Virus record (IMG/VR): IMGVR_UViG_3300037499_000135
Location: 5,056 to 69,055 of that record
Reading direction: 5' to 3' (one strand)
DNA length: 64,000 nt
From: a virus
Taxonomy: Duplodnaviria > Caudoviricetes
Below the pieces are notes generated by a model. That model saw only the letters and a list, made by a program, of their open reading frames with translations. It did not search any database and was not told the DNA's origin. A program made the translations under genes and the position numbers. Of the stretch, positions 53,040-62,478 are shown piece by piece. The first letter of the stretch is position 1, and each line of letters opens with the position of its first letter.

Positions 53040-54812
53040 CTATGCGGGTTCGACGATCATCCAGGCGACCACCGATGTGTCGGTGCCGCTGGAGCTGAGG
53101 ATGGTGAACGACGTTCCAGCGGTGCGCGTTGAGACGCGCAGGAAGCCGGGGGTTCCTCCGGGCGTCTGGCAGGTGAGGAAGATCCTGCTGTTGGCCGTAA
53201 CTGCCGTGGTGGCGACGGCCAGCGTGCCGCCGACCAGGGTGGCGACACCCATCTTCGCGTTGGCCCCTTCGGCGACCTGAAGGCCGCGGCCCGCGGTGAC
53301 GATCCGCAGATCGGCAGTCGACAGGTCGAGCCGGTTCGCCGCTCCCCGTCCGATCTTCACGTCGCGTGCCGCGTTGCCGGGGCCGAACTCGATGTCGCCG
53401 TTGGCGAATACCTGGATGCGGCGGGTCGAGTCTCCGGCGACGAGCGCGGCGAGCACGGCGGACACGGTGGTGGCGGCGGTCATACGCAGGTGGGGGTTGG
53501 TGTTGCCTGCCCCGTTGGTGTTGACCAGGTCCAGGGCGCTGGCGTCGGTGGCGGTGGTGTTGGTTGCGGTGCCGCGCCATGCCCACGGTTCGGTGCTGGC
53601 CCGGGTGGGTGCGGCGGTCGTCCCGGTGGCGGTGCCGGTGTTCGGGCCGCGCAGCAAAACAGTGTTGGTGCCTGCGTCGTGGAATGCGGTGGTCGCGGCG
53701 TGCAGGTAGGAGTCGGCGACGAGAGCCCAGGTGCAGCCGCCGAACGAGACCGCGCGCTCCGGCGAGTTGGTTCCCAGTCCGTCGTCGCCGACGCCGGGGT
53801 AGCAGGTCATGCCGGTGACGATGATCGGGGTGGTGGCGTTGGTGCCGCGCAGTGCGGCGAAGCCGCCGCCTCCGGCACCGGGGAAGCCGTTGCGGCCGTC
53901 TCTCCTGGCCATCAGTCCTGCCACAACGATCGGCGCGTTGCCGGTGGAGTCGATTAGCACCCCGTACTGGGAGTTGCGGTCGGTGGAGCAGCCGGACAGG
54001 ATGGCGCCGCCGGAGCCCTGGCCGGTGCCCCACGAGCCGGTGATGTAAAACCCGGACAGTGCAGACCACTCGGCGCGGCAGACGTCGAGTTGGGTGTTGG
54101 GTGCTCCGCTGATGTAGTAGCCGTGGCCGCGTACACCGATGGTGCGGCAGTTCACCAGGTGGTGGTCTGTGCCGATGAGGTGGAAGCCGTCCCAGGTGGT
54201 GTCGGCGACGTCTTTGCCGTTGATTTGGACGTTGTCGAAGTACCAGCTGTAGGGGTCGCCGTCGGCGCCGCCGTTGACGAGGACGATCGAGTGGTCTGTC
54301 ATCTTGGCGATGCCGACGTCACGCAGGACGGTGCCGTGGACGAAGCCGGTGCCGCGGATGCCGGAGACGGTCTCCGTCGTTAGATTCACGCCGTCGATGT
54401 TCACGCCGGTGATGTGGACGTCGCGGGTTTCGGTGGGATAGCCGGCGACGTCGGCGTCGAGGAGGTCGATGACCGTGGCGTCGGAGAATCCTGCCAGTGG
54501 GACGAGCGCCGGGTAGTCGTCTGCCGAGACGGCGTCGCGGTCCACGATGGGGCCTGCCAGCCGTATGTAGGGCGGGATGGTCAGCTTCGAGGCGAGGCCG
54601 TAGCGTTTCGCCCCCAGGTAGACCACGGCGCCCGGTGGTGCGGCGTCCAGGAGTCCTTGGATGACGGTCTTGTCGTCGGTGACGCCGTCGCCTGCTGCGC
54701 CGCTGCCTTCTACGGGGATGGCGAGTGAGGTGATCTGGTTTTGCAGGTCTGTCAGTGCTGTGTTGAGGACGGGTCCCCATCCGGTTTGCCCGATCGTGGG
54801 CACGGTGACCAT
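53040..54812 (-). CDS. Tailspike / right-handed beta-helix depolymerase-like protein
   Basis: PTIGQTGWG head, GAAGDGVTDDKTVIQ (pectate_lyase_3-like start), repeated beta-helix strands, GVATLVGGT tail. Confidence 0.8.
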   Translation of the reverse strand: MVTVPTIGQTGWGPVLNTALTDLQNQITSLAIPVEGSGAAGDGVTDDKTVIQGLLDAAPPGAVVYLGAKRYGLASKLTIPPYIRLAGPIVDRDAVSADDYPALVPLAGFSDATVIDLLDADVAGYPTETRDVHITGVNIDGVNLTTETVSGIRGTGFVHGTVLRDVGIAKMTDHSIVLVNGGADGDPYSWYFDNVQINGKDVADTTWDGFHLIGTDHHLVNCRTIGVRGHGYYISGAPNTQLDVCRAEWSALSGFYITGSWGTGQGSGGAILSGCSTDRNSQYGVLIDSTGNAPIVVAGLMARRDGRNGFPGAGGGGFAALRGTNATTPIIVTGMTCYPGVGDDGLGTNSPERAVSFGGCTWALVADSYLHAATTAFHDAGTNTVLLRGPNTGTATGTTAAPTRASTEPWAWRGTATNTTATDASALDLVNTNGAGNTNPHLRMTAATTVSAVLAALVAGDSTRRIQVFANGDIEFGPGNAARDVKIGRGAANRLDLSTADLRIVTAGRGLQVAEGANAKMGVATLVGGTLAVATTAVTANSRIFLTCQTPGGTPGFLRVSTRTAGTSFTILSSSGTDTSVVAWMIVEPA

Positions 54813-54815
54813 GTG

Positions 54816-56750
54816 TCATCCTCCGTATACGTCGAAGCCGTAGCAGCCGTCGCCGTACTCAGTGACGGGGTCGTTGCAGGGGTCGCATGCGCCGATCAGT
54901 CGTGATGCGAACGTGGCCTGCGAGATGATCGACGCGTCCCGCAGCAGTCGGTGATGCCGGTCGCGGAAGGTGAATGTGCCGTCCGGTGCGACGTACGCGA
55001 TCGACGGTGGGCCTTCGGATTCGAGGAGTTCCGTCAGTGCGGTGAATGCGTCGGTGCCTTCCGCCCACCACCACGGCACGAATGTGCCGCCCAGGTCGAG
55101 GTCGCGGGGTGCTGTCCAGCCGATGTGGTCGAGGATGACGTCGATCAGAGTGCCGGTGCGTTGTGCCTGGTACAGCTCGGTGGAAATGGTGGTGCCCCGC
55201 AGCAGGGCGAGGCCGTCGAGGGCGGTGATGGATGCGGAGCGGTCGTCGCGGTCGGGGTGCACTTCGAACTCGTCGATCCGGCCGCGGATCAGCGGGTACA
55301 GGGTGTCGTCCCAGACGACTTCCACCTTCACTGGGGCTGCAGGTGCAATCTCATCGACGATCGGCGAATCCGTGTTCTCCGGGCTGTAGACACGGTCCGC
55401 ATTGCACAAGGTCATCGACAGGCTGCCGACCATCGGCGGGGACAGTTGCCGCGCCTGGTCCCGGCCGTACTGGAAGACGACGGGGCCGCGGGCCAGCACA
55501 TCGCTGGTGACGTCGTCGTTGGGGTCGTCGAAGTCGCCGTCGCCATTCCAGTCGACGGCAACCGTGTAGCCGTCGGCCAGCGCCGGGGTGATGTTGAAGT
55601 TGTCGAACTCGGCGAAGTCGCCAGTTGGGCCGCCGCCGGTGACGAGGGGGGAGCAGTGCGCCAGCAGCTGGACCTGCAGGTCGTTCTCGGTGGTCCAAAA
55701 CGGTGCCGTGTCGCTGTGCTGTGTGACCCATTCGCGGCCGTCCGCCGAGGTGTCCCAGAACACGCTGCCGGAGGTCTCGCGGACCCGTAGCCAGGCGTGT
55801 TCGGTCGGGTCGTAGGGGATGGTCCGGCCGCCTTCGTCCGCGAAGCCGACGTAGATCGTCATCAACAGAATGTTGGTGACGGCGTCGACTTCGAAGACGA
55901 TCTGCGTGCCTGCGACATCGGAGACGATCAGCAGCTGTGCGTACGCTTCGCTGTGGCCGATGCCGTCGGGCGGCATCAGCTGCACGTGCGCATGCGAGCC
56001 TTCCAGTCTGTACAGGGCTGCGGAGGCGTAGGCGGCGAAACCGGTGTCGCATGGGACGCGGGCGCGGCCGCCGGTTTCGGTCGGTGGGCCGCCGGGTCCG
56101 GTGTTGTAGTTGTCCGGCCACTTGACGGTGTCTACGACGTTGTCGTCGAAGTCGTCTGTGAGGTCGGCGAACAAGGCCGTGGACGGGATGACGTTGAAAT
56201 CGTCGAACTCGGCGAAGTCATCGGTGCCGCCGTCCCGGTGGGCTATCAGCTGGACTTGCAGGTCGGCGTCCGCCACCCACGCCGGAGACGCCTCCGTGCG
56301 TCTGGTGGCCCAGGTGATGCCGTCCGCGCTGGTCTCCCAGTGCAGGTCCCCGCCAGCCTCTCTGATCCGGACCCAGGCGTGTGCGACCGGGTCGTAGGGC
56401 AGGCTGGTGAATCCGGGGTCGAAGAATCCGACGCGTACCGCCATGCCGAGATTGCCGGTGGCGGCGTTGACTTCGATGATGGCGTCGGTGCCGGCGGTGG
56501 TGGTGGTGATGAGGAGTTGCGCCCACGCTTCGGTTGCGGCGCCGCCTGCGGCTGGGGGGAAGAGTTGGCAGCTGGCTTCGGAGGCTTGGAGGGTCCAGGC
56601 TTCGGCGGTGGCGTAGGCGTTGAAGCCGGTGTCGCAGGCGACTGTGGCCAGGCCGCCGGTTTCGGTGAATGTGCCGTACGAGTCGGGCCATTTGCCGGTG
56701 TCGACGGTGTTGTCGTTGAAGGTGTCGCGCAGGGTGCCGATCAACGCCAT
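54816..56750 (-). CDS. Minor tail protein with tandem about 185-aa lectin-like repeats + tail hub N-half
   Basis: Two copies of D.F.DN.VDT.KWP...CDTGF.AY...PYDP..HAW.R.RE...W.TSADG...DLQVQL.AH...AEFD.FN; then YGRDQ, FTFRDRHH; follows tape measure. Confidence 0.78.
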   Translation of the reverse strand: MALIGTLRDTFNDNTVDTGKWPDSYGTFTETGGLATVACDTGFNAYATAEAWTLQASEASCQLFPPAAGGAATEAWAQLLITTTTAGTDAIIEVNAATGNLGMAVRVGFFDPGFTSLPYDPVAHAWVRIREAGGDLHWETSADGITWATRRTEASPAWVADADLQVQLIAHRDGGTDDFAEFDDFNVIPSTALFADLTDDFDDNVVDTVKWPDNYNTGPGGPPTETGGRARVPCDTGFAAYASAALYRLEGSHAHVQLMPPDGIGHSEAYAQLLIVSDVAGTQIVFEVDAVTNILLMTIYVGFADEGGRTIPYDPTEHAWLRVRETSGSVFWDTSADGREWVTQHSDTAPFWTTENDLQVQLLAHCSPLVTGGGPTGDFAEFDNFNITPALADGYTVAVDWNGDGDFDDPNDDVTSDVLARGPVVFQYGRDQARQLSPPMVGSLSMTLCNADRVYSPENTDSPIVDEIAPAAPVKVEVVWDDTLYPLIRGRIDEFEVHPDRDDRSASITALDGLALLRGTTISTELYQAQRTGTLIDVILDHIGWTAPRDLDLGGTFVPWWWAEGTDAFTALTELLESEGPPSIAYVAPDGTFTFRDRHHRLLRDASIISQATFASRLIGACDPCNDPVTEYGDGCYGFDVYGG

Positions 56751-56751
56751 G

Positions 56752-59700
56752 TCAGGCCCTCCTCAAAGACTTGGGGAGGCGGTTGGTGCGGTGGAGGTTG
56801 TCCAAGGATTTCGCGAGCCAGTTGTCGAGTTCCATCCGTGAGCCGATGACGCCGGTGTTCTCCATCTTCAGCGTCATGTACTGGTTGATCACCGTGGGTG
56901 TCCCGCTGGTCGAGTATCTGGACCGGGTGATGCTGCGGCCCACGTTCATCCCCGCCATGCCGCCGTCTGCTAGGGCGGGCGCCCCGAGGCTCATCGAGTT
57001 GACCGCGTTCATGAAGGCGACGCCGTACTTGCGGACCGCTGCGCCCCGCATCACATACTCGGTGTCTGCGACCCTCGCGCGGGCGCCGGACCCCAGCAGG
57101 GCAAGGACGCTGTCCGAGGTGGGTGTGCCGGGGCCTTCGACGTAGCCGCCGTGGGGGAACGCCTGGATCTCGCCGCCTGTGGCGTAGCGGGGGACACGGC
57201 CGCCCGCCGCGAGACCGGACCTGGCGGTGCCTGCGGCGACTCCCGCGTAGTTGCGGCGCACCTTCAAGGTCACCGTGCGGGAGCGCACGCTGGCCAGTTC
57301 GCGTTTGGCCGCCGCGACCTGATTCTGAAGCTGGCGGATCGTCGCCCGTAGCTCGGACCGCTTCGATGGCGGGACCGACTTGATCTGCGCCTTGGCGTCT
57401 TTGACTTTCTTCTGGAGGTCGTCGAGCTTGCCCTTGAGTTCGGACTGCTTCGATGGCGGGACCGATTTGATCTGTGCTTTGGCGTCTTTGACTTTCTTCT
57501 TCAGGTCCTTCAGGTCGCCCTTGAGTAGCGCCGTCTTGTTCGGCGTCTTCAGGATCTGGTCGGCGAGCTTCTTGGCAGACTCACGGCTGAGGTCCTGCTG
57601 CATCAGGTTTTTGATGAGCTGCTGTCGGCCCTGTTCATAGATGCCATTGACCTTCGACCAGGAGGCTCCACTCTCCCGTGCGGACGAGGCCGCCGCGTCG
57701 GTCTTCGCCGCCAGATCGACCTGAGCACTCCATACATCTCGGGCTGCCTGTGAGTTGAGGTCGAGTTCTCCGTTGACCAGGCGCAGCGCCCCAGCGTTCT
57801 CCGCTGCCGCCTTTGCCGAGTCATCGATCGCCTGCTCAAGGGCGATCATTCCGCCCGCTGAGGCCCGGTTGACGTCGTTGAGCGCCTGGACTGCTTGCCG
57901 CAGCCCGTCCGCAGACGCCTTCTGCTCGGCCAACTTCGTCGACGTGGCCTGCGCCTGCTGCCCGAACAAACCCATCGCGTCGGCGGCGAGCTGCTGCTCA
58001 AACTTGGCGTCCTCCAACGACGCCTTGTAATCATCAAGACGGCTCGTGAACTCCTTCGTGTCCTTGCCGCCCTTGCCGTACTCCGCCGTCAGCCGCTTCA
58101 ACGCCGCAGCAGCAAGATCCGCCTGCCCGTTCTTGACGAGATTCGCCAGCGCCTTGTCAACAGAGTCGAGGTTCTCCTTCGCCTCCTTCACCGGCGTGGA
58201 ATCCCAGCCAGTCCACCCGACGAGGAACTGCTGCACCTTGTCAGCAGTGCCCGGATCAGTCAGCGACTTCACCTTGTCGTTCAAGCCACCGAGGTCGGTA
58301 CCGAACGCCTTCGCGGCCTCCCCCGCGACCTTCCCGGACCTGCCGAGCCGGGCCAGTGAACCAGTCAGCTTGTCGACGTCCGGCGGCGCCTGCCTCCCGA
58401 TCTGCGACAACTCCGTCAGAGCGATCACCAGCAGCCCGATGCCCGTTCCCGCGACCGCGACCTTCGCCGCCCGCGACAGCGTCCCGAACGCCGCGGCCAG
58501 CCGGGGCAGTACTCCAGTGGCACCGGCCGCGGCCACCCGCATCGCGGTGATGGCCGTACCGAACGCCGCAATGCCCGCCGAAGACGCAGCCATCCCCGCC
58601 GCCGCAAGCCGGACCGCCTTCAACGCGATCGCCATCTGCAGCATCGCCGTGATCGCACCCGGCGGGACCGCCGCGACGATCCCGGCCAAAGCATTCACCA
58701 CCGCCAGCAAACCCGGCCCGACATTCGCCGCACCTTCAAGGATGTTGCCCAGTGCCTCCGCCACATTCGACAGCACATCCCGTACGAGGGGCCCGTTCTC
58801 CCGCGCGTACTCCATGAACTGGGCGACAGCGCCAGACATTTTGCCCGTGTCCAAAGTGCGGGTGAAGCGGATCAGTGCGTCGTTCGCCCGCGTCAGCACG
58901 CCGGTGGAAAACTCTGCGAAGTTCTTCATGAGCCGGTCGAAGCCAGGCGACTGGACACCGCCCGCGGCGATCGTCACAAACCGGTTCAACTGCGCGCTCG
59001 TACCCTCAACCAACGGAGTCAGCTTCGGGAACACTGCACCAAACGCGGCGAACGCCTTCGTCGCCACCGGCATCGTATTGTCGGCAAGACCGTCCGACCA
59101 CTCCCGGTACTGGTCACTGAGCACACTGAACGCCGCTGACGCGGTCCGGGTGGCCGGCGGCAGCGCGGAGAGCGACGCCCGGTACGCGTCCTGGGCCTTC
59201 ACCGCCTCCGCCGAGCTGGCGCCGTGGGTCTGGGCCGCTTCAGCGGCCTTCTTCTCCGCCTCCGCGACTTCCTTGAGCGCCACGACCTGACCCGCGACGG
59301 CCGCACCGAACACACCCACCGCGACTGTCGCCGCACCCAGCCCCGCCGCGATCGGCAGGAGGTGCCCGGCCTGCGCCGCAATCGGCAGCAGCGCAGGCGA
59401 CAGCAGCAACGCTGCAGACCTCAACGCGCCCAAGGCTCCGCCCGCGTCTCCCGCGGACCTGGTCACAATGGTCAGCGAGTCGGGCAGCCCCGCCAGTGTG
59501 GCCGCGGCACGGCGCATGCTCGTGTCGAGGCTGTCCATGTCACCGCGCAGGCTGCGGGCTTGGGTGCCGAGCAGACGCAGCGCGGCCGCAGCTGCGACGG
59601 CCTGCGCGGCCAGGACACGCAGAGCCCGCGCGGTGTCCTGCGCCTCGTCCCGCAAGGCGCGTAGTGCCGTCGTGGCGGCGGTGGTGCCGGCGGTGTCCGT

Positions 59701-59973
59701 GTCGATGCGGGCGTTGATGCGGATGGGGCCGAGTTGCTGGAGGTCGCGGACAGCGGCCCGTACGGCGGCAGTGCCGGGCCCGGTGTCGTCGTCGACGGTG
59801 ACGCTGATGCTGGCGCCGCGCAGCGACGCAAGATCGTCGCGTACGAGGCCGATTCGGCGCTGCAGGTTCCGCAGGGGGCCAGTGGTCTGGTTGACCATGC
59901 GGCGGATCGCGAGGACTGCGCCCGCGGTGGGCATGTCGATGCGGATGCTGGCAGTACCGATCAGATCAGCCAT
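56752..59973 (-). CDS. Tape measure protein (1073 aa)
   Basis: Ala/Gly-rich helical repeats, TM stretches, GGYVEGPGTPTSDSV...EYVM motif; position after chaperones. Confidence 0.9.
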   Translation of the reverse strand: MADLIGTASIRIDMPTAGAVLAIRRMVNQTTGPLRNLQRRIGLVRDDLASLRGASISVTVDDDTGPGTAAVRAAVRDLQQLGPIRINARIDTDTAGTTAATTALRALRDEAQDTARALRVLAAQAVAAAAALRLLGTQARSLRGDMDSLDTSMRRAAATLAGLPDSLTIVTRSAGDAGGALGALRSAALLLSPALLPIAAQAGHLLPIAAGLGAATVAVGVFGAAVAGQVVALKEVAEAEKKAAEAAQTHGASSAEAVKAQDAYRASLSALPPATRTASAAFSVLSDQYREWSDGLADNTMPVATKAFAAFGAVFPKLTPLVEGTSAQLNRFVTIAAGGVQSPGFDRLMKNFAEFSTGVLTRANDALIRFTRTLDTGKMSGAVAQFMEYARENGPLVRDVLSNVAEALGNILEGAANVGPGLLAVVNALAGIVAAVPPGAITAMLQMAIALKAVRLAAAGMAASSAGIAAFGTAITAMRVAAAGATGVLPRLAAAFGTLSRAAKVAVAGTGIGLLVIALTELSQIGRQAPPDVDKLTGSLARLGRSGKVAGEAAKAFGTDLGGLNDKVKSLTDPGTADKVQQFLVGWTGWDSTPVKEAKENLDSVDKALANLVKNGQADLAAAALKRLTAEYGKGGKDTKEFTSRLDDYKASLEDAKFEQQLAADAMGLFGQQAQATSTKLAEQKASADGLRQAVQALNDVNRASAGGMIALEQAIDDSAKAAAENAGALRLVNGELDLNSQAARDVWSAQVDLAAKTDAAASSARESGASWSKVNGIYEQGRQQLIKNLMQQDLSRESAKKLADQILKTPNKTALLKGDLKDLKKKVKDAKAQIKSVPPSKQSELKGKLDDLQKKVKDAKAQIKSVPPSKRSELRATIRQLQNQVAAAKRELASVRSRTVTLKVRRNYAGVAAGTARSGLAAGGRVPRYATGGEIQAFPHGGYVEGPGTPTSDSVLALLGSGARARVADTEYVMRGAAVRKYGVAFMNAVNSMSLGAPALADGGMAGMNVGRSITRSRYSTSGTPTVINQYMTLKMENTGVIGSRMELDNWLAKSLDNLHRTNRLPKSLRRA
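57361..57501. repeat. 87-bp period tandem duplication inside tape measure gene
   Basis: KKVKDAKAQIKSVPPSK repeated; DNA copies start at 57361 and 57448. Confidence 0.8.
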
Positions 59974-60349
59974 TGAGGGTCACTCCCATCGAGGCGAGGA
60001 ACGACTGGGAAGCGTCCTCAGCTCCGGCCCACCACCAGGGCGCGCCAGGGTCTGTCTGCGGCTGAGCTTCGCGGCGTTCGCGGCCGGGGAGCGCCCACGC
60101 CGAAGTGCCGAGGTCGGCGTCGAATCGGGCGCGCGCCTGTTCCTCGGTCTGGCCGTCTCGGACGTTCAGCCGCTGCAACATTTCGGCGTAGATCGCGTTC
60201 AGGAAGCGGTCGGCTCGGAGGTCGCCGAAGTCGACTCCGCGGGCTGCGTATTCGCCGTCGAGCTGGTGCCAGATTCCGGGCTGGCAGACCCATCCGATGA
60301 GTCCGGCGACGGCTGTGTAGGGCGCATGCCGTATTCCTCCAGGAGCCAC
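59966..60349 (-). CDS. Tail assembly chaperone second ORF (probable -1 frameshift extension)
   Basis: Overlaps upstream chaperone by 151 nt in the -1 frame; no clear SD at its start. Confidence 0.55.
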   Translation of the reverse strand: MAPGGIRHAPYTAVAGLIGWVCQPGIWHQLDGEYAARGVDFGDLRADRFLNAIYAEMLQRLNVRDGQTEEQARARFDADLGTSAWALPGRERREAQPQTDPGAPWWWAGAEDASQSFLASMGVTLNG

Positions 60350-60702
60350 AGGACGACGTCGGACATCTGGTCGTCGTCGATGGGGCGCGTCTTGTCCTGC
60401 AGTCGGTCGGAGAACCGCTGCCAGGATTCGGGGAGGAGGGCGAGGACGAGGGCCTGCTTCAGCATGTCGTGCTGCTGCTGGTAGGTCTCGGTGTCACCGG
60501 TGCTGTTGTAGAGGGTGACGAACTCGGCGAAGACGTCGCCGGGGAGGACGGAGGCGGCTTCGAAGGTGTCGCCGTCGATGGTGAAGTTGAGGCGTTTGCG
60601 GGGGCGGCTGAAGTCGCGGGGGCCCGGGGGTAGCGGCGGGGCGGCCATGACCGGGTGCTGTCCGGCCGTGATGCTGTTCGGGTGTGTGAGGAGTTCGGTC
60701 AT
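60199..60702 (-). CDS. Tail assembly chaperone
   Basis: Position before TMP; FTIDGDTF...WLLEEYGMRPT plus low-complexity Ser/Thr tail. Confidence 0.7.
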   Translation of the reverse strand: MTELLTHPNSITAGQHPVMAAPPLPPGPRDFSRPRKRLNFTIDGDTFEAASVLPGDVFAEFVTLYNSTGDTETYQQQHDMLKQALVLALLPESWQRFSDRLQDKTRPIDDDQMSDVVLWLLEEYGMRPTQPSPDSSDGSASPESGTSSTANTQPAESTSATSEPTAS

Positions 60703-60745
60703 GCGGGTGACGGTAGGTACCTCCCGCGCATGATCATTCCGGAGG

Positions 60746-61126
60746 TCAGAGAGCGGTCGGGAGCGCCTTGTTCAAAAAATCATCGGCCTGGGTGCCGGGG
60801 TGATTGACGAGCTTCGCGAACACGATGCGGCCGCCGACGGTGAAGCGGAGCGCCTGCCGCGTCCTCGGCCGGATCTGGTGAGGCGCGGTTCCGTTGATGA
60901 CGTAGCCGACCGCGTCGTGATGGACGCGGATCGTCGCCGACGGCCCGGAAGCACTCCGCTCGACCTGCGGCTGCGGGATGCGTTCGCTCATGCTGCCCGG
61001 GGCGAACTGGCGGGCCGCAGTAGCAGTACGGTCCGCGCGCTGCTGACAGTCCCGGCCGACCATCCCGGTAGGCGAGTTGAGCATGCGGTCGACAGCCGCC
61101 CAGTCGATACGCAGAATCGCGGCCAT
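60746..61126 (-). CDS. HK97 gp10-like head-tail/neck protein
   Basis: GT.PH.IRPR...LRF..GG..VFAK.V.HPGT...FL..AL. Confidence 0.75.
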   Translation of the reverse strand: MAAILRIDWAAVDRMLNSPTGMVGRDCQQRADRTATAARQFAPGSMSERIPQPQVERSASGPSATIRVHHDAVGYVINGTAPHQIRPRTRQALRFTVGGRIVFAKLVNHPGTQADDFLNKALPTAL

Positions 61127-61127
61127 G

Positions 61128-61631
61128 TCAGTTCCTCGGGAGTGAGACTAGCGCCCGCAACTCGGTGCCGACGCACCCACCCAACGGGCCCTGAGGAGTC
61201 TGGGGGCGGACGAGGAAGTCCGAGATTTCGTGGGCGTCGTCCATGGTGCACAGCTCGTGGGAGGTGGCGAGGAGGACTTGGTAGGCGTCCCGGCGTACCT
61301 GCTGTGCGGACGCGTCGAGCTCGGCGACAAGCGGATACAGCTGCTGGCCTACGGGGTTGGGGGCGCAGCGGATCAACTGGATGATGATCTCGCCGACCTC
61401 CCACGGTGCGTCACAGGGTCCGACCCTCGCGGCTTGTGGGGCGGGGAAAGTCTCCGACGGGTAGACGGTGCCGACGGACACGGCGAGCATGCCGCAGTCG
61501 CAGGCATCCCAGGCGATGGCCCCGGGGACGACACCGGAGCGGTCGGGGGTGTCGGTGAGGTCAGCATGGATTGCGGCCCTCAGTCGTTCTGCGACGGTGT
61601 ACCACTTCAACTCGCCAGAGATCATCGGCAT
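61128..61631 (-). CDS. Probable tail terminator / virion protein
   Basis: VVPGAIAWDACDCG.L.V...PQGP.GGCVG; ATG overlaps upstream TGA. Confidence 0.6.
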   Translation of the reverse strand: MPMISGELKWYTVAERLRAAIHADLTDTPDRSGVVPGAIAWDACDCGMLAVSVGTVYPSETFPAPQAARVGPCDAPWEVGEIIIQLIRCAPNPVGQQLYPLVAELDASAQQVRRDAYQVLLATSHELCTMDDAHEISDFLVRPQTPQGPLGGCVGTELRALVSLPRN

Positions 61632-62467
61632 CAGGTGCCCGCCCTTCGCACCGTCGGCCGATCCACGCTGTACACGCGCGAGCGTTGCCGCAGCCCGTAC
61701 GGATTCCACGTCGCCACGAACATATCCACCAAATACAGCCCGGTCCGGCCCTGCCGGAACAGCTCACCCACATCCGGATACGAGATCGTCACACCCTGCC
61801 GCACCAACTGCTGCAACCCCGCAGGCAGCTTGCAGTCCCCACCCGCCGCAGCCTTCGCAATCTCACACGCCAACTGGCCAACCGCCAGCGAAGCGCCCTC
61901 CGGCAACGCCTCCCCATACGTAGCCGTCACCGACCACGTACCCACCTCAGTGTCGTCCAGATTGAGATCGTTGCAGCGCGGCCACCGCCCGCCGTCGGTG
62001 CGCACGAGCAGCCGGTTGTTGTCGATACGGTACGCGCCCGACACCATCGGCGTACCGTCGATCTTCACCTCGACGATCGTGTTCACCGGAGCAGGCAACC
62101 GCACCTCCGACACCTCGGTGCAGGAGCAGTCACCAGCACACGAGCCGCACGTCAGGTTGTACCAAAGCCCACCGATCAGCGCAGGCTGCGGATAGGAGCC
62201 GGACGCCCACGGAGGCCCGAAGTCGTCGTAGAACGAGCCGGTCTGACACTCACGGGCGCACGGGCGAAGCGTCACCTGACACACCCCGAACCGCATGCCC
62301 GTCATCGCCCACAGCGTCTCGGTGGCCATGCTCACGGCCAGCCCGGTGACGGCCGGATTCAACGTGTCAACGTCGCACGTCCACGTGACAGGCCAGTCCG
62401 CACACGGGCCCGTGATATCGCCCGTGCCGCCGGGGACGGTCTGCGGGGTTGGGTTGATGACCGGCAC
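61631..62467 (-). CDS. Head-to-tail adaptor-like virion protein
   Basis: ATETLWAMTG.RFG.C..TLRPC, LACEIAKA, RQGVTI, TG...VD.F...NP. Confidence 0.7.
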   Translation of the reverse strand: MPVINPTPQTVPGGTGDITGPCADWPVTWTCDVDTLNPAVTGLAVSMATETLWAMTGMRFGVCQVTLRPCARECQTGSFYDDFGPPWASGSYPQPALIGGLWYNLTCGSCAGDCSCTEVSEVRLPAPVNTIVEVKIDGTPMVSGAYRIDNNRLLVRTDGGRWPRCNDLNLDDTEVGTWSVTATYGEALPEGASLAVGQLACEIAKAAAGGDCKLPAGLQQLVRQGVTISYPDVGELFRQGRTGLYLVDMFVATWNPYGLRQRSRVYSVDRPTVRRAGT

Positions 62468-62478
62468 AACAAGCCTCC

